A stretch of DNA of 64,000 bases from Syntrophales bacterium (GCA_963668175.1 OY764159.1:4032001-4096000); one strand, 5' to 3'. Counted from the stretch's first letter, positions 1-10,341 are shown. The notes: generated by a model not told the origin, from the sequence alone. Numbers and translations: made by a program.

Positions 1-104
1 CCGGTACGATGATCCATAACAGCCTTGCGTGTATTATAGCGGTACGTGAGGTCGGCTTGGCGTATCGTCTGTAATAAGATTAACGAAAAGGAAAGGATGG
101 AGAA

Positions 105-1247
105 ATGGATTTTGAATTGACGGAAGAATTGAAGATGTTGAAGGAGATGGCGTACAAGTTTGCCGTGGCGGAAATGACGTCCATCTCGAAGGAATGCGAC
201 GAACACGAGAAATACACGCCCGAGGTCCGGAAGAAGGCGGCGGAAAACGGCCTCGTCGGGGCCTGGGTCCCGGAGGCATACGGAGGCGCCGGTGCCGGCA
301 TCCTGGGCAACTCGATCATCACGGAAGAACTGTCGAAGGTCGACATGGGGATCGGGCTCAACATCGTGGCGGCGACCTTCGGTTGCGAATCGATCATCCA
401 GTACGGAACGGAAGAGCAGAAGAAGACCTATCTGCCGCCCGTCTGCGCCGGGGACTGGGTCAGTGCGGGGGCGTTCACGGAGCCGAACGCCGGCACGGAT
501 GTCGCGGGTTACAAGACCCGTGCGGTGAAGGACGGATCGGACTACGTGATCAACGGCAACAAGATGTTCATCACGAACGGGACGGTCTGCGACTTCATGG
601 TGACGCAGTGCATCACGAACCCGGAAGAGAAGAAGCACAACAGCTTCTCCCTGATCATCATCCCGGCCGACGCCAAAGGCGTGACTCGGAACAAGATTCA
701 CGGGAAGATGGGCATCCGGTCGAGCGATACGGCGGAGATCGCCCTGGAGGACGTGCGAGTTCCCCAGACGAACCTGGTCGGGAAGGAAGGCCGCGGCTTC
801 ATCCAGTTGATGCACTTCTTTGATACGACGCGCGTCATGGTGTCGGCGCAGGGCTTGGGCCTGTCGGAGGCCTGCCTGGAGACGAGCATCAAGTACGTGA
901 AGGAGAGGACGGCATTCGGGTTGCCGCTGGGCGGCTTCCAGATGACGCAGAAGAAGCTGACGGAGATGGCGATCATGATCGAGGCGCTTCGCGGTTTGAT
1001 CTACAAGTCGGCATGGCTGATCGACGTCGGCCGTCCGGACTACCATCTGGCGGCGATGGCGAAGTTCTACAGCGGCCAGACGGCGGTGTTCTGCGCAAAC
1101 GCCGGCGTGGAACTGCACGGGGGTTACGGCTACATCGACGAGTATTCGGTGCAGAAGTGGTACCGCGATGCGAAGATCCTGGAGCTGTACGAGGGCACGA
1201 AAGAAGCGGAAATCCTGACCATCGGCAGAACCCTCCAAACCAAATAG
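105..1247 (+). CDS. Acyl-CoA dehydrogenase
   Basis: FTEPNAGTD, NGNKMFITNG and KMGIRSSDT motifs; C-terminal YRDAKILELYEGT with catalytic Glu; RBS ggag upstream. Confidence 0.95.
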   Translation: MDFELTEELKMLKEMAYKFAVAEMTSISKECDEHEKYTPEVRKKAAENGLVGAWVPEAYGGAGAGILGNSIITEELSKVDMGIGLNIVAATFGCESIIQYGTEEQKKTYLPPVCAGDWVSAGAFTEPNAGTDVAGYKTRAVKDGSDYVINGNKMFITNGTVCDFMVTQCITNPEEKKHNSFSLIIIPADAKGVTRNKIHGKMGIRSSDTAEIALEDVRVPQTNLVGKEGRGFIQLMHFFDTTRVMVSAQGLGLSEACLETSIKYVKERTAFGLPLGGFQMTQKKLTEMAIMIEALRGLIYKSAWLIDVGRPDYHLAAMAKFYSGQTAVFCANAGVELHGGYGYIDEYSVQKWYRDAKILELYEGTKEAEILTIGRTLQTK

Positions 1248-1470
1248 GATCGGAGACAAACCCGACAGGAACCAGGCTCCCGTCGGGAGGCGTTAAGACA
1301 CAGAATATTTATTCAGCAAAACGTGTTTCATCGCAGCACCAGGAAGGGTGAATTCCTCTTCACCCGGCGCTCCCTGCCTCTTTCCTATGAAACCGCGGAA
1401 GAAGGAAGCAGAGAGTGGGGACAAATGTTCATTCACATCCCTATCTATCTTAATAAGGAGGTACGACAAC

Positions 1471-3117
1471 ATGGCAGCTTATTTCAGTCCCCTATCCAAC
1501 GAGGATAAAGCCAAATTCAATTTCATCAACAAAGAGAACCTCGAATTCCTGATGAACCGTTACAACAAGGTGAACCGCTGGGTGATTGCCGATATGATCC
1601 GGCGAAGCGCCTATCACTATCCCGACAAGAAGGCCCTGATCTTTGGTGACCAGGTTCTGACTTATAGAGAGCTCGAAGCGGCGTGCAACCGGACGGCCAA
1701 CGCCCTCCTCGGCCTGGGCGTGAAGAAATACGACCGCGTGGCCATCCTCGCCCATAATACGGTCGATCATGTGCTGACCTGGATGGGATGCGCCAAGATC
1801 GGCGCCATCTACCTGGCCGTCAACTACCTCCTCCGGGGCAAAGACATATCCTACTGCATCAATCACTCGGAAAGTAAGGTGTTCATCATCGAGGACGCTC
1901 TCTATGACCTCATGAAAGATGTCATAGACGACATGCCCACCGTAAAGACTTTCATCTGGTCGCGGCAGGGTGCCAGCAAGCCCCCCGTCAGCGATCGGTT
2001 TCTCGATTTCGAACCATGGTACAAAAAGGGATCGGACAGCGAACCGGATGCCGAACTGCATATCGAAGAACCCTGCCAGATGACCTACACCAGCGGAACG
2101 GAATCGCTGCCGAAGGGCGTCATCATCAGCAATCAGGCCCTCATGGCCGAATATATGGGCTGTATCATCGACGGGCAGTACGACGAGGACGACATCAATA
2201 TCAACGCCCTACCCATCTACCATTGCGCCCAGCGCGACGTTTTCATGAACCCCATCTTCTGGGTGGGGGGAACGAACGTCCTCATGGCACCCGATATCGG
2301 CATGATCCTGAAGAACATCCAGGACTACAAGGCAACGATGTTCTTTGCGCCGCCGACGGTCTGGATCGGCATGCTCCGTCATCCCGATTTCACCAAGTAC
2401 GACCTCTCCAGCCTGAAAAAATGCTATTACGGGGCATCCATCATGCCCGTCGAAATCCTGAAGGAGATCATGGAAAAGGTGCCAGGGGCCAGGATTTACA
2501 ACTACTACGGACAGACGGAACTGGCACCGTACCATACCATTCTCAAAGCGAAAGACGCCCTCAAGAAACTCGGCTCGGCAGGTCTGGGCGGCCTCAATAT
2601 GGAAACCCGCCTGGAAGACGACGACGGCAAACCGATCGGTCAGCCCGAAATCCCCGGCGAGATCTGCGGCAAAGGCCCTCACGCCCTCATCATGTATTTC
2701 AAAGAGCCGGACAAGACCGATGCCGCCATGAAGGGAGGGTGGTTCCACTCGGGCGATATCGGTGTGATGGACGAGGACCGCTACATCACCGTCGCCGATC
2801 GCAAAAAGGACATGATCAAGACCGGCGGCGAGAACGTGCCGACCCGCGAGGTGGAGGAGGCCATTTATCTCGATAAACGCGTCCAGGAAGTGGCGGTCAT
2901 CGGCCTGCCCGATCCGAAATGGGTGGAAAAAGTGGCGGCGATCATCGTTGCCAAGCCGAACACAACAATTACCGAAGAGGAGATCATTACCCATTGCCGC
3001 AAGGAGTTGGCGGGATTCAAAGTTCCCAAGAAGGTGATCTTTGTCGATCAACTCCCCAAAACCCCGACGGGCAAAATTTTGAAGCGGGAGATGCGGGTCA
3101 TGTACAAGGATAAATAA
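1471..3117 (+). CDS. Acyl-CoA synthetase (fatty acid-CoA ligase, AMP-forming)
   Basis: YTSGTESLPKG AMP-binding loop, YGQTE, GWFHSGD, KTPTGKILK; start moved to ATG 1471 behind strong RBS taaggagg. Confidence 0.93.
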   Translation: MAAYFSPLSNEDKAKFNFINKENLEFLMNRYNKVNRWVIADMIRRSAYHYPDKKALIFGDQVLTYRELEAACNRTANALLGLGVKKYDRVAILAHNTVDHVLTWMGCAKIGAIYLAVNYLLRGKDISYCINHSESKVFIIEDALYDLMKDVIDDMPTVKTFIWSRQGASKPPVSDRFLDFEPWYKKGSDSEPDAELHIEEPCQMTYTSGTESLPKGVIISNQALMAEYMGCIIDGQYDEDDININALPIYHCAQRDVFMNPIFWVGGTNVLMAPDIGMILKNIQDYKATMFFAPPTVWIGMLRHPDFTKYDLSSLKKCYYGASIMPVEILKEIMEKVPGARIYNYYGQTELAPYHTILKAKDALKKLGSAGLGGLNMETRLEDDDGKPIGQPEIPGEICGKGPHALIMYFKEPDKTDAAMKGGWFHSGDIGVMDEDRYITVADRKKDMIKTGGENVPTREVEEAIYLDKRVQEVAVIGLPDPKWVEKVAAIIVAKPNTTITEEEIITHCRKELAGFKVPKKVIFVDQLPKTPTGKILKREMRVMYKDK

Positions 3118-3276
3118 CAAGCATCTTCACGGTTAAACGGAAAAACAGAGGCACCGGGCGGACGGCTGCGGCGAAAGGGCCGCGGCTCTTCGCCCGGACA
3201 TTTCGATCATAGATTGAACCGCACCTGCCAGATGCGCAGCATACAAACGATTATACGGCAATGCAGGAGGTAAAAA

Positions 3277-4527
3277 ATGAAAGATGTGGTCATCGTATCC
3301 GCCTGCCGCACAGCCATAGGCGGATTCGGAGGAACGTTAAGAGACATGAATCTTGCAACCCTGGGCTCCGTGGCCATGAAGGAGGCCGTGAGAAGGGCCG
3401 GGATCGATCCGGCCTTGCTCGGTGATGTCCGCTTCGGCTGCTGCCGGGAGCCCGTCGATACATTGAACGTCGCCCGGATTTCCGCTCTCATGGCGGGAAT
3501 TCCCGAGGAGGTCACCGCCGTCACGATCAACCGGGTCTGTATCTCGGGGATGGAAGCCGTCCAGTCGGGAATGGCCATGATCCAGGCGGAGATGGTGGAT
3601 GCCGTTCTCGCCGGCGGCATGGAACATATGTCCGGAATAACTTATTCCGTGCCGAATGCCCGCTGGGGATGCCGATTTCAGGACCAGGTCTTCGTAGACG
3701 ATATCGTTCATGCCCTCCATGCCGGCTCCCATGTCCTGCGCGGACTTGAACAGGGGCCGATCAAGGAAGGAGCGATCGTCGACAAGTTTCGCGGTAAACC
3801 TTACATCATGGGAATCACGGCCGAATTGATCGCTGAAAAATACAACCTGTCCCGGGAAGCAATCGACGAGGTCGCCCTCCGGAGCCACAACAATGCCGAG
3901 CGGGCGACCGTCCAGGGCGATTTCCGGGATGAGATCGTCCCGCTCGAGCTTCCCCAGAAGAAGGGAAAACCGCCCAAGATTTTCGACAAGGACGAACATT
4001 TCCGGCCGGGACTCACCATGGAGGAACTGGCCTCACTGCCTCCGGCTTTCATCCCCAAAACCGGGAAGGTGACAGCCGGCAACTCATCCGGCGTCAACGA
4101 CGGGGCGTCCGCCATGGTGATTATGTCGGCGGACAAGGCCCGCGAGTTGGGGCTCAAACCCATCGCCAAAATCAAGGCGGTGGGCAGGGGCGGTTGCCAC
4201 CCTTCCATCATGGGTATGAGTCCCGTACCGGCGGTCAAGGACCTTCTCATCAAGTCGCACCTCAAGCTCAGCGATTTCGAGCTGATCGAACTCAACGAGG
4301 CCTTCGCCGCCCAATACCTGGGCCTGGAACGGGAACTGGGGTTGAATCGCGAGATCACGAATGTCAACGGTTCCGGCTGCGGTCTCGGCCATCCGGTAGG
4401 ATCGACCGGCTGCCGGATCATGGTCACGCTCCTTCATGCCATGAAGAAACGGGGCAAGACCCTGGGGCTGGCCACCCTCTGCGGAGGCGGAGGCGTGTCG
4501 CTGGCGACGGCCTTGGAAATGATGTAA
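3277..4527 (+). CDS. Acetyl-CoA C-acyltransferase (thiolase)
   Basis: INRVCISG catalytic Cys, NEAFAAQ, GHPVGSTG, LCGGGG; RBS aggagg. Confidence 0.95.
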   Translation: MKDVVIVSACRTAIGGFGGTLRDMNLATLGSVAMKEAVRRAGIDPALLGDVRFGCCREPVDTLNVARISALMAGIPEEVTAVTINRVCISGMEAVQSGMAMIQAEMVDAVLAGGMEHMSGITYSVPNARWGCRFQDQVFVDDIVHALHAGSHVLRGLEQGPIKEGAIVDKFRGKPYIMGITAELIAEKYNLSREAIDEVALRSHNNAERATVQGDFRDEIVPLELPQKKGKPPKIFDKDEHFRPGLTMEELASLPPAFIPKTGKVTAGNSSGVNDGASAMVIMSADKARELGLKPIAKIKAVGRGGCHPSIMGMSPVPAVKDLLIKSHLKLSDFELIELNEAFAAQYLGLERELGLNREITNVNGSGCGLGHPVGSTGCRIMVTLLHAMKKRGKTLGLATLCGGGGVSLATALEMM

Positions 4528-4544
4528 CTGCATGTTGACAACCG

Positions 4545-4584
4545 AGGGCCGGTCCGTTGCGCTTTCGGATCGGCCCTTTCTGTT
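4545..4584 (+). terminator. Probable intrinsic terminator after thiolase
   Basis: agggccggtccg-loop-cggatcggccct stem followed by ttctgtt. Confidence 0.65.
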
Positions 4585-4704
4585 ATGGATGAAACAACCG
4601 CGTCCCTTTTCATCTATCCGGATATGTCCGGCCCCACCGATTGCCCCAAGTCACGTTGCAAAGGACGGGATCTTCTGTTATAGATTCTGTCAACGTCGCC
4701 GATC

Positions 4705-5091
4705 ATGGAGGGAATCGCCGTGCCTTTGAACAAAAGCATCGCCGTATGGGTTGCCGGCATCGTTCTGGTGCCGGTTCTTGCCGTCGTCATCTATACGTGG
4801 ATTGCCCTGACCTGGAGCTATGCAACAGGGGAACGGGCCGGATACGTGCAGAAGCTGTCCAAGAAGGGCTGGGTCTGCAAGACATGGGAAGGGGAAATGG
4901 CGCTGGTGACGATGCCCGGCACGGTCGCCGAAAAATTCTACTTTACCGTCAGGGACGATGCCCTGGCGCAGAAGCTCAATTCCCTCGTCGGAAAACGTCT
5001 CACCGTCTCTTACGAGCAGCACAAAGGCCTGCCGACGACGTGTTTCGGCGAAACGGAATACTTCGCCACATCGGTGAAAGTGATCGAATAG
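4705..5091 (+). CDS. Small membrane-anchored conserved hypothetical protein
   Basis: N-terminal hydrophobic helix, then YATGERAGYVQKLSKKGWVCKTWEGE; exact start uncertain (ATG 4705, GTG 4720 or TTG 4726). Confidence 0.75.
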   Translation: MEGIAVPLNKSIAVWVAGIVLVPVLAVVIYTWIALTWSYATGERAGYVQKLSKKGWVCKTWEGEMALVTMPGTVAEKFYFTVRDDALAQKLNSLVGKRLTVSYEQHKGLPTTCFGETEYFATSVKVIE

Positions 5092-5181
5092 GGACGATCA
5101 TACCGCCTGTGAAGAAGCCACGCAAGGGCTATCCCTATCCCCTTTAACTATTGCCGGTTACCGACCGTCAAATGAATGCTA

Positions 5182-5607
5182 CTAAAAACGGAAGATAACC
5201 CAAGGTGACGCCGACGGCTCATCTTTCCGCACCCCTTCCTCGTTTCGCTTCTGGCTTAACTCATTTTTATCGATAAAGCCGTCACGGTTCTTGTCCAGGT
5301 TCTTAAACTGCGTCATGGAACCCTTTATGAATTCTTCCCGGGATAGCCTGCCGTCTTTATTGGTATCCCACGCCTTAAATAACTTCTTGCCGTCGCGAAT
5401 GCCCATAGCCTTGAACTCGTCCCAATCCAGATATCCGTCATGGTTCTTGTCAAGTCTGTCAAAGAGTTTTCCTGCCGCGTCCCGGTACTCTTTTCGGTCG
5501 ATCTTCTTGTTGCCGTCGGCGTCGATTCCGCCGAATAAGTCGTCTTCGGCAAACGCCGGGACCGCGACCATGACTGCCATCAAAACCGTTATGAACATTC
5601 TGAGCAT
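5182..5607 (-). CDS. Secreted EF-hand calcium-binding protein
   Basis: Signal peptide ending AFA; four EF-hand loops (DADGNKKIDRKE, DKNHDGYLDWDE, DTNKDGRLSREE, DKNRDGFIDKNE). Confidence 0.88.
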   Translation of the reverse strand: MLRMFITVLMAVMVAVPAFAEDDLFGGIDADGNKKIDRKEYRDAAGKLFDRLDKNHDGYLDWDEFKAMGIRDGKKLFKAWDTNKDGRLSREEFIKGSMTQFKNLDKNRDGFIDKNELSQKRNEEGVRKDEPSASPWVIFRF

Positions 5608-5719
5608 CGTCTCTCTCCTTATCCTGAATCATTTCCCGTACGGGGAAGTCTTCCATATCCCGGTCAATTAGTCAACTCTAGCCTTACACTCGTGTGTAAT
5701 CATTTTCCGCAATACCCCA

Positions 5720-5748
5720 TTGACGGTCAGGCAGCATTTCCTTATACT
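5720..5748 (+). promoter_or_regulatory. Sigma70-type promoter upstream of FabK/NMO-family gene
   Basis: TTGACG-17 bp-TATACT. Confidence 0.6.
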
Positions 5749-5912
5749 GAAAACTGATGCGGATTCTGCATTGCTTACGCAGGATATGCATGAAAAGAAA
5801 AGGAGGAATCGTATTCCCCGTCGGACGCGCAAGTTCCGGTCCGGATTAGATCGTATGCGTCAGGTTGGCATACGCGTACTCACGATCCATCAGCTATCGA
5901 GGGAGGGCACCC

Positions 5913-6869
5913 ATGATCAGAACCAGAATAACGGAATTGTTCGGCCTGCGTTACCCCATCATCCAGGCGGGCATGGTCTGGACCAGCGGCTGGCGGCTGG
6001 CGGCCGCCGTAGCGGAAGCCGGGGGACTGGGCCTCATCGGAGCCGGCTCCATGACGCCCGAACTGCTCCGGGAACACATCCATAAGATCGGGCAGGCAGG
6101 AACAAAAGGGGTATGGGGGGTGAACCTGCCCATCTTCTTTCAGTATGCCGACGACATGGCGAGGGTCATCACGGAAGAAGGCGTGAAGATCGTCTTCACT
6201 TCGGGCGGAAGTCCCAAGAAATATACGGGACGGTTCAAAGACGCAGGCATCAAGGTCGTGCATGTCACTTCAACGCCGGAACTCGCGTCGAAATGCGAAG
6301 AGGCGGGCGTGGACGCCGTCGTTGTAGAAGGTTTCGAGGCAGGTGGACATAACGGGCGGGACGAACTGACAACCCTCGTCCTGGTTCCCCAGACCAGGGA
6401 CGCCGTAAAAATTCCGGTGATTGCCGCCGGAGGCATCTACGACGGCCGCGGCGTGGCCGCCGTCCTGGCCATGGGGGCGGACGGAGCCCAGATCGGGAGC
6501 CGGTTTGCGGCAACGGTCGAATCAAGCTGTCATCCGAAATTCAAGGAGGCCATGGTCAAGGCCTCGCCGACCGACACGTTTCTCATCCTGAAAAAAATGA
6601 TCCCCGCCCGGGTCATCAAGAACGAGTGGTATGAGCGGATAGCGGAGGCGGAAGGCCGGGGCGCGTCGCAGGAAGAGTTGCTGCAGTTGATCGGCGAAAA
6701 GCGAACCCGGCTGGGTATGTTTGAAGGCGAGCTTCACGAGGGAGAACTGCAGATAGGACAAATCGCCGGTGCGATCCACGACGTGAGACCTACGGGAGAA
6801 CTCGTTCACGAAATCGGCAAGGAGTGCGAGCAGGTACTGCAAAATCTCCACGGAAGGATCGTGGCCTGA
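5913..6869 (+). CDS. Nitronate monooxygenase / enoyl-ACP reductase II (FabK-like) flavoprotein
   Basis: YPIIQAGM, EGFEAGGH, PVIAAGGI, GADGAQIGSRF; start at ATG 5913 after ggaggg. Confidence 0.88.
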   Translation: MIRTRITELFGLRYPIIQAGMVWTSGWRLAAAVAEAGGLGLIGAGSMTPELLREHIHKIGQAGTKGVWGVNLPIFFQYADDMARVITEEGVKIVFTSGGSPKKYTGRFKDAGIKVVHVTSTPELASKCEEAGVDAVVVEGFEAGGHNGRDELTTLVLVPQTRDAVKIPVIAAGGIYDGRGVAAVLAMGADGAQIGSRFAATVESSCHPKFKEAMVKASPTDTFLILKKMIPARVIKNEWYERIAEAEGRGASQEELLQLIGEKRTRLGMFEGELHEGELQIGQIAGAIHDVRPTGELVHEIGKECEQVLQNLHGRIVA

Positions 6870-6893
6870 CAGGTGATACACAATCCCGCCGAA

Positions 6894-7697
6894 TCAGAAG
6901 AGACACGTCTCGCCGGCAAGGGGCTTCCACTCGAACCACGCCCCGAGAGCGAGACGGTCCGCCCACTGGTCGATCATCGCCCGGTCCCCCTCGTGACTGT
7001 CGGGATAATCGTTCTCCGTTATCCTCGCCAGGGAGCTTCCTTCAAAGATGAAAACCGTACTATGGTAGGGCGCGACAAGGTCGAGCTGGAAAAAGTCTTC
7101 CAAGACCTTGAAATAGACGTAGTTCATGATATTGGATGCCCGGTAAATCTTTGACGGCATGACGCTTCCAACATCCAAAGATATCGACATAACGGCGACG
7201 GCCCGCTGGTCATTCAAAGCCTTGATCTGCATGTCCCTGAGAAAAGGAAAACTACCGCAGATCCATCTGTTGATCATAATCTCCGTGGGCATCCTCGTCA
7301 GTTGGTAAACAAGTCCTTCATACCACATCACGATCATTTGCCTTATCTTGTCTTTCCCGTAGAAGGCGGTAAGTCGGTGAATCTCGTCGTCCATTTCCAT
7401 GAGATAAGCCATCATGGTCCGCTTGTTGGCTACGGGAACATACCGGTTTTCAGCGTCAGCCCCATAAAGCCTCAGGATATGGCCGCACCGGCTGACGATG
7501 GCGTAGTCGATTTGCCCACCCAGTTTACCGTTATAATAAAGCTCATGGAAGGACGAATCCGGCCCGGCCAACCTGATCCGGACAGGGACCGTCAAATCCT
7601 TCTTCTCCACATAGTGAAATGGTTTCAGGGATATCTCTTCCACTTTCCTGAGAACGGCCCGGACGGTCTCCGGTAGATCGAGCGGCATTGGCTTCAT
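6894..7697 (-). CDS. Hypothetical protein, possible degenerate zincin-like fold
   Basis: 267-aa ORF with protein-like composition filling the gap; SRCGH where an HExxH motif might be expected. Confidence 0.75.
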   Translation of the reverse strand: MKPMPLDLPETVRAVLRKVEEISLKPFHYVEKKDLTVPVRIRLAGPDSSFHELYYNGKLGGQIDYAIVSRCGHILRLYGADAENRYVPVANKRTMMAYLMEMDDEIHRLTAFYGKDKIRQMIVMWYEGLVYQLTRMPTEIMINRWICGSFPFLRDMQIKALNDQRAVAVMSISLDVGSVMPSKIYRASNIMNYVYFKVLEDFFQLDLVAPYHSTVFIFEGSSLARITENDYPDSHEGDRAMIDQWADRLALGAWFEWKPLAGETCLF

Positions 7698-8062
7698 ACC
7701 TTAAGGGATTGCATCCATGACCGGGGCGCGGCATCGTCAACCGTCTGTCTTGAGCCCACCGGTCGTTGAAGGACAACCTAACGATTCCGACTCTATCAGC
7801 GTTTTGATGACTTCTCCCTCACTTTAAGAAAAGGAAGAGGCGATGTCAATGACAGACCTTACAATTCTCAAGACCCCCTCAAATCAAAGAAAGAAATTCC
7901 TTGGCTGTATAAAGAACCGCGTAACGGTGTTCGCACTGCAAAAACCGCTACGCAGCAAATATCCCGTAAACCGGCCTTTGCATCTAATCTTTCCAGATGA
8001 CCAGATCGACTTATCGCTAACAATATCAAGGCATTTCATTAATTCTCCACATTCTGTCCAGT

Positions 8063-8078
8063 CTGGCACGAATTGTGT
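8063..8078 (+). promoter_or_regulatory. Candidate sigma54 (-24/-12) promoter
   Basis: CTGGCACG perfect -24 box; -12 box imperfect (GTGT instead of TTGC). Confidence 0.45.
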
Positions 8079-8159
8079 TCATATAATTTCTCAAAACGGT
8101 GCGGCGTGACATGTAAAGCTCGTCTCCGTAATATTTCAGATATTCACAGGGAGGCTGTT

Positions 8160-8594
8160 ATGGCAAAGAAAAAGACCGTAAGGAAAATGCATGACGTGGA
8201 CCGCAGCTTCAGCAAAGCCGATGAGACGGATAAAGGCTTATGGCTGGAGGCTTTTGATAAATACTACGAAGAGAATCTGGCGGTCTCGGAAGAGACCTTA
8301 TCTCACAGAGATGAAGCCGAACCTCAGCCCCCCGGCCTTTACGGGGTGGAAAACCTCTTCAATGGAGAGATGGAGGCCATTCTGGTCCTGGGAACGGCCG
8401 ACAAGACCAAATCCATCTCGCAAGCCGTCAAGTCCCAGCAGGGAATTGCAGCCTTTACACTGGCCTACGCGGGCCGCGGCGTTTTCAGATACGCCTTGCC
8501 TTCGGAAGAGGAGTCCATCACCGGTTCCCTCAGGCTTATGCCGAGCGATCCGGCAAGGGTCGGGAACAGTTCCGATACTCTGAGGCAGTGGTAA
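8160..8594 (+). CDS. Hypothetical protein (144 aa)
   Basis: ATG 8160 preceded by gggagg RBS; followed by a terminator; no recognised family. Confidence 0.75.
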   Translation: MAKKKTVRKMHDVDRSFSKADETDKGLWLEAFDKYYEENLAVSEETLSHRDEAEPQPPGLYGVENLFNGEMEAILVLGTADKTKSISQAVKSQQGIAAFTLAYAGRGVFRYALPSEEESITGSLRLMPSDPARVGNSSDTLRQW

Positions 8595-8675
8595 CGTCCA
8601 AGGCTGTCGGAGGCCATCCGCTCAAATCGTACCGACATCGGATGTTTTTTATCCCGCGATTCAGCGCGAATTCCT

Positions 8676-8708
8676 ATCCCCCTTTCTTCTCGGAAGGGGG
8701 ATTTTTTT
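8676..8708 (+). terminator. Intrinsic terminator
   Basis: atccccctt...aagggggat stem followed by a T-run. Confidence 0.75.
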
Positions 8709-8817
8709 GCGGGAATGCCCCGGGAGGGGAGTGCGTATTTTCATGGCGGCGCCGGTCTCCTTGACTAACCTTCCTTTTGCTTATATCATGGTATAATTAA
8801 AAAAGCGGCGGTTCCTC

Positions 8818-10341
8818 ATGGAAACCTTTACTCTCGCGGCCATCAGCCTGACGATAGCCATTTCCCTGACCATCAACAAGAAAAGGGACGGCCTGCAACT
8901 CTCTTTTGCCGCGCTCTGTTTGGCTGTTTTTTTTCACAAAAGCGGGGTTTTCTTCCATGACTTGCTGAAAAACCCTTTCTGGAAAATGATCGCCGATATG
9001 GGTCTCGTCGCGACGGCACCGCTCGCAATCCGTTTTACATCGGCCCTGTCGAACGGACTGAGTTTCCTCACCCCCAAATGGACCGTATCCGCGACCTTCA
9101 TGGCCGTTCTGCTGTCCGCGGCCACCTTCACGCCCCTTGACCGCTGGCTTTATATGGACACGGTTCTCCGGACATTTTCATTTGGTATGCTGGGTCTCTG
9201 TTATCTCGCACTGCTTCATTATACAAAATCCAAAGTGGCCGGTATCGAAAGATGGAGGTTTATTTATCTGTCGACAGCCTGTACGGTCTCAGCCGTCTTG
9301 AGCCTTCTCGATTTGTTCCATTACTTCGGTTATAATTTTCCCCGTTTGTCGGATATCGTCATTGCCGGTCTCCTCTATTTTGTATTCATGTTCATCACCC
9401 ATCACCGTCTTATAGAAATTCAGGAGTTGATGGCCCGAGCCCTCTTTATCGCCATTCTAACGATGTTTGCGGCGATTGCCATCTATTCCGTTATCGGACT
9501 GTTCGGCATGGGCGTCACCCTGCCGTTCACCCCGGTTCTGCTGGCTTCCTTTATCATCGTCATTTCCATCAGCCCTTTCCGGGAAATTCTGGAGAAACTG
9601 TTCGGCAAACTTTACCCGGACAGCAAAGACCTGTTCACGTCCATGTTTACCTTTGACGAAAAAATCGAGCGCGAAAAATCCGTGATGCTGGAGGAAATGG
9701 CTCCCGTCCTTGCTCACGAGATCCGCAACCCCCTAGGATCCATCAAAGGTGCGGCGCAGTATCTGCGCTCGGAGGCAACGACCGAGGAAAACGAGAAACT
9801 CCTGGACGTCATCATTGAAGAGGTCAACAGATTGAACAGTGTTGTTTCGCAGTTCCTCGACTTTGCGAAACCTTATACGTTGACGCTGAAGCCGACGGAT
9901 ATCAACCAAATCATCGAAAAGGCCGTTTCGATCATCAAGGCCAATGACATATCCGGAAAAATAACCATAGAGAGAGAACTTCGGCCTCACCTGCCGCCGA
10001 TCATGGCAGACCAGGAACAGATCATCCAGGTGATCCTGAATATCGCCTTCAACGGCATTGAAGCCATGCCGGAAGGCGGAACGCTCACATTCAGAACGAC
10101 CAAGATCGCAAGCGATGTAGGCGACGCCATAGGAATCTCCATCCGCGACACGGGCGCAGGCATCAAGAAGGAGGAGATGATCAACATTTTCAAGCCGTTT
10201 TTTACGACCAAGGAACGCGGCGTAGGGCTTGGATTGGCCATCTGCCGGAAAATCATCAAGACCCATGGCGGCCATATCCGCGCCAAGTCCATCGTCGGAC
10301 AGGGAAGCATCTTTTATATCAGATTGGGCACGGCCTATTGA
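8818..10341 (+). CDS. Membrane sensor histidine kinase (NtrB-like transmitter)
   Basis: Multiple N-terminal TM helices; H-box LAHEIRNPL; N-box NGIEAM; DTGAGI, FFTTK, GVGLGL. Confidence 0.95.
   Translation: METFTLAAISLTIAISLTINKKRDGLQLSFAALCLAVFFHKSGVFFHDLLKNPFWKMIADMGLVATAPLAIRFTSALSNGLSFLTPKWTVSATFMAVLLSAATFTPLDRWLYMDTVLRTFSFGMLGLCYLALLHYTKSKVAGIERWRFIYLSTACTVSAVLSLLDLFHYFGYNFPRLSDIVIAGLLYFVFMFITHHRLIEIQELMARALFIAILTMFAAIAIYSVIGLFGMGVTLPFTPVLLASFIIVISISPFREILEKLFGKLYPDSKDLFTSMFTFDEKIEREKSVMLEEMAPVLAHEIRNPLGSIKGAAQYLRSEATTEENEKLLDVIIEEVNRLNSVVSQFLDFAKPYTLTLKPTDINQIIEKAVSIIKANDISGKITIERELRPHLPPIMADQEQIIQVILNIAFNGIEAMPEGGTLTFRTTKIASDVGDAIGISIRDTGAGIKKEEMINIFKPFFTTKERGVGLGLAICRKIIKTHGGHIRAKSIVGQGSIFYIRLGTAY

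Noticed and set aside
5720..6085. 121-aa ORF or leader peptide before the FabK-like gene
   Set aside because: Its TTG start is the -35 box itself and it overlaps the real gene out of frame
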